A stretch of DNA of 64,000 nucleotides from a virus (taxonomy: Duplodnaviria > Heunggongvirae > Uroviricota > Caudoviricetes). Below are positions 62,401-64,000 of this stretch, piece after piece. Location of the stretch: positions 10,951 through 74,950 of the IMG/VR virus record IMGVR_UViG_3300037455_000402; one strand, 5' to 3'. The position numbers and the translations under genes are program-made. The notes under the pieces are model-generated. The model made no database searches, was not told where the DNA came from, and saw only the letters and a program-made list of their open reading frames with translations. Each line of letters begins with the position of its first letter. The first letter of the stretch is position 1.

Positions 62401-64000
62401 AAATCCTTCTATGTCTCAGGTGTTAAACCAATGGTCTATATTAACACACTTATATCAATAATTGTTTTTAAAGGTGTTAACCAGTTTTCCATTTAATCAC
62501 CTCATCTTGTATATCCATTATAAGGATATGCGTCATAATCAGGATATGTTGCTATTATCATATTATTATTAGGTCCTGCAGGATTGGTATTTGGAGTATA
62601 ATAGTTAATTCCAAGAATCTAATTCTTTTCTCCCTACTGCTAAACACTATAGCCTTTTTGAACCTAACAATAAGGAAAGTCTGTAAGATTAATGTCTAAT
62701 GTTCCCTCTGGAGTTGAACGAACTAAATCGCCACTTGTAGTAGGGTCATCTTTTTCTATCTTATAGCTATATAAACGTGGAATAGTATTGCTTCCACTCT
62801 TCTATAAATAAGCATAGTCAAAAAATGTTCTCATTATTAATTGTTTAGGATTTCTTCCACTATGCCAAATTGTTGACCCAGGGAATCTTTTATCTTTATC
62901 TCTCCAAGAGTGATAAAAGGCATCGGGATGACTTATTAAATCTGAATGGTCTCCTTCGATATTAGCCATAGTGATAATTTTTAAATACCAATCATCAACT
63001 TCCTAAACTAAACCTAAACCATGTTTAGTATAAAGTTCAAATCTATATGCTGAGGCGCCATTAGCTTCTGAATTTTCTGCCCATGCGCCAGGAACATTAT
63101 ATTCACTATATGTCCACATTGCTCCATTATTTGCGCCAGTACCAAATACATAAGGAGTATTACTTCCAGGCATATAAATAACCAATCCTAAATCAATACC
63201 TTGAGAACCTCTAATACCCTAATGAGGAACTAAAGTTGAATTTTCAACAGTATAATAAGTATATGTTCCGTGTGTTGGGTTATCTGTTCCTGCGTAGTAA
63301 TAATGACTTATCATTACGTAGAATTTAGATATATCTCGTTTTCCTTTTGCAACTATTTCTTCCTCAAAATATTTCTAAAGGACTTCATTTGCAGTTGCAA
63401 TTCTCGCTGCCTGATTAGTCTCTGCGGTCGCGCGGTCGCCATCTTGATATGGGAACATTTCAACACATTCAACTTCAATATGATGATTAAGTACAGCATC
63501 ATCATAAGTGCTAAGTAATTCTCCCTGATAATATCCTTTACTAATATTAATACTTCTTATACCCGGGTCTGCAGGAAACGGTACTGAATTTATTTCAGTT
63601 ACATAATCTACATAATCTTGACCTGAATAATTAATGTACTAAAAAGTAGAATAAATAAGAGTAGGTGTTCGTCCAATTAATCCCGCGCCTATATCGTGAA
63701 ATTCTATTTTTACTGTAATATAATGAGTATCATCAACTTCTCCAGCTATTTGAATATTATCTCTAAGAAGTCCATAGAATCTTGTTTCATCAGTAGTCTA
63801 TTCACTATCAGCATTAGATAAGAATGTTACGTATTTATATACATCTTCCTACTCCTATATTCCTACAATATAGTCTTTATAATCATTAACAGAGATTATT
63901 AATGGCTAAGTCATTTCCTCATCTTTATATAAAGGATGTATATCCCATGCTGCATTTTCTTTATTTCTGTCGTAAATCCAAACGCCTGGAAGCCATACAG
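59448..64000 (-). CDS. very large structural (tail-fibre/receptor-binding-like) protein, many in-frame TAG codons, continues beyond window
   Basis: ORF-track pieces 59763-60056, 60138-60452, 60495-60827, 61164-61430, 63003-63185 are all in one frame; checked junctions contain only TAG; Gly/Asn/Tyr/Thr-rich beta-type composition; TAA at 59448. Confidence 0.5.

Noticed and set aside
1-64000. Looked for integrase, transposase, terminase, portal or capsid genes to delimit a prophage or assign a morphotype
   Set aside because: None recognised in this window. The segment appears to be the early and auxiliary region plus the start of a late (tail-fibre) block, so element boundaries cannot be placed.

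Overview
This 64-kb window looks like a phage or large mobile-element segment with every credible gene on the minus strand. It contains four linked components:

- **Promoters.** About 30 copies of one promoter unit, TTGACT-N17-TATAAT (perfect sigma70/SigA consensus), each followed by an AGGAG ribosome-binding site; most minus-strand transcription units, protein-coding or RNA, carry one, and there are several hairpin plus U-run terminators. Compact, overlapping or abutting genes, ~39% GC and the AGGAGG sites point to a Firmicutes (rumen/gut) host.
- **tRNA array.** A roughly 16.5-kb array (2774-19239) with 44 tRNAs, a tmRNA with an ...ANDFAFAA tag, and two Gln-like tRNAs with CUA (amber) anticodons. 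Several tRNAs are non-canonical.
- **TAG recoding.** At least eleven genes carry in-frame TAG codons while keeping clear domain conservation (GIY-YIG nuclease, UvrD-like helicase, a >1500-aa tail-fibre-like protein), i.e. amber reassigned, most likely to Gln.
- **RNA-surveillance / RNA-repair arsenal.** A Ro60 (TROVE+vWA, Rsr-like) ortholog, together with a family of seven previously unannotated ~100-160-nt RNAs between the tRNAs. These share a conserved terminal stem plus a CAGCAAUCUAUA box, and four of them contain a circularly arranged tRNA-like domain, which is a Y-RNA/YrlA-like architecture. Alongside these: Rnl1- and Rnl2-type RNA ligases, a T4-Pnk-like kinase, a P-loop+HD enzyme, a Thg1-like 3'-5' polymerase next to a tRNA-His with encoded G-1, and one ~620-nt RNA candidate with a 15-bp terminal stem.

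Other genes include a PurA/PurZ-like adenylosuccinate-synthetase homolog, a deoxyribonucleotidase, a macro domain plus nucleotidyltransferase pair, a SleB-like lysin, holin-like membrane proteins, an SPFH lipoprotein and many small hypothetical early proteins.

Coordinates of RNA genes are hand-derived and may be off by 1-2 nt.
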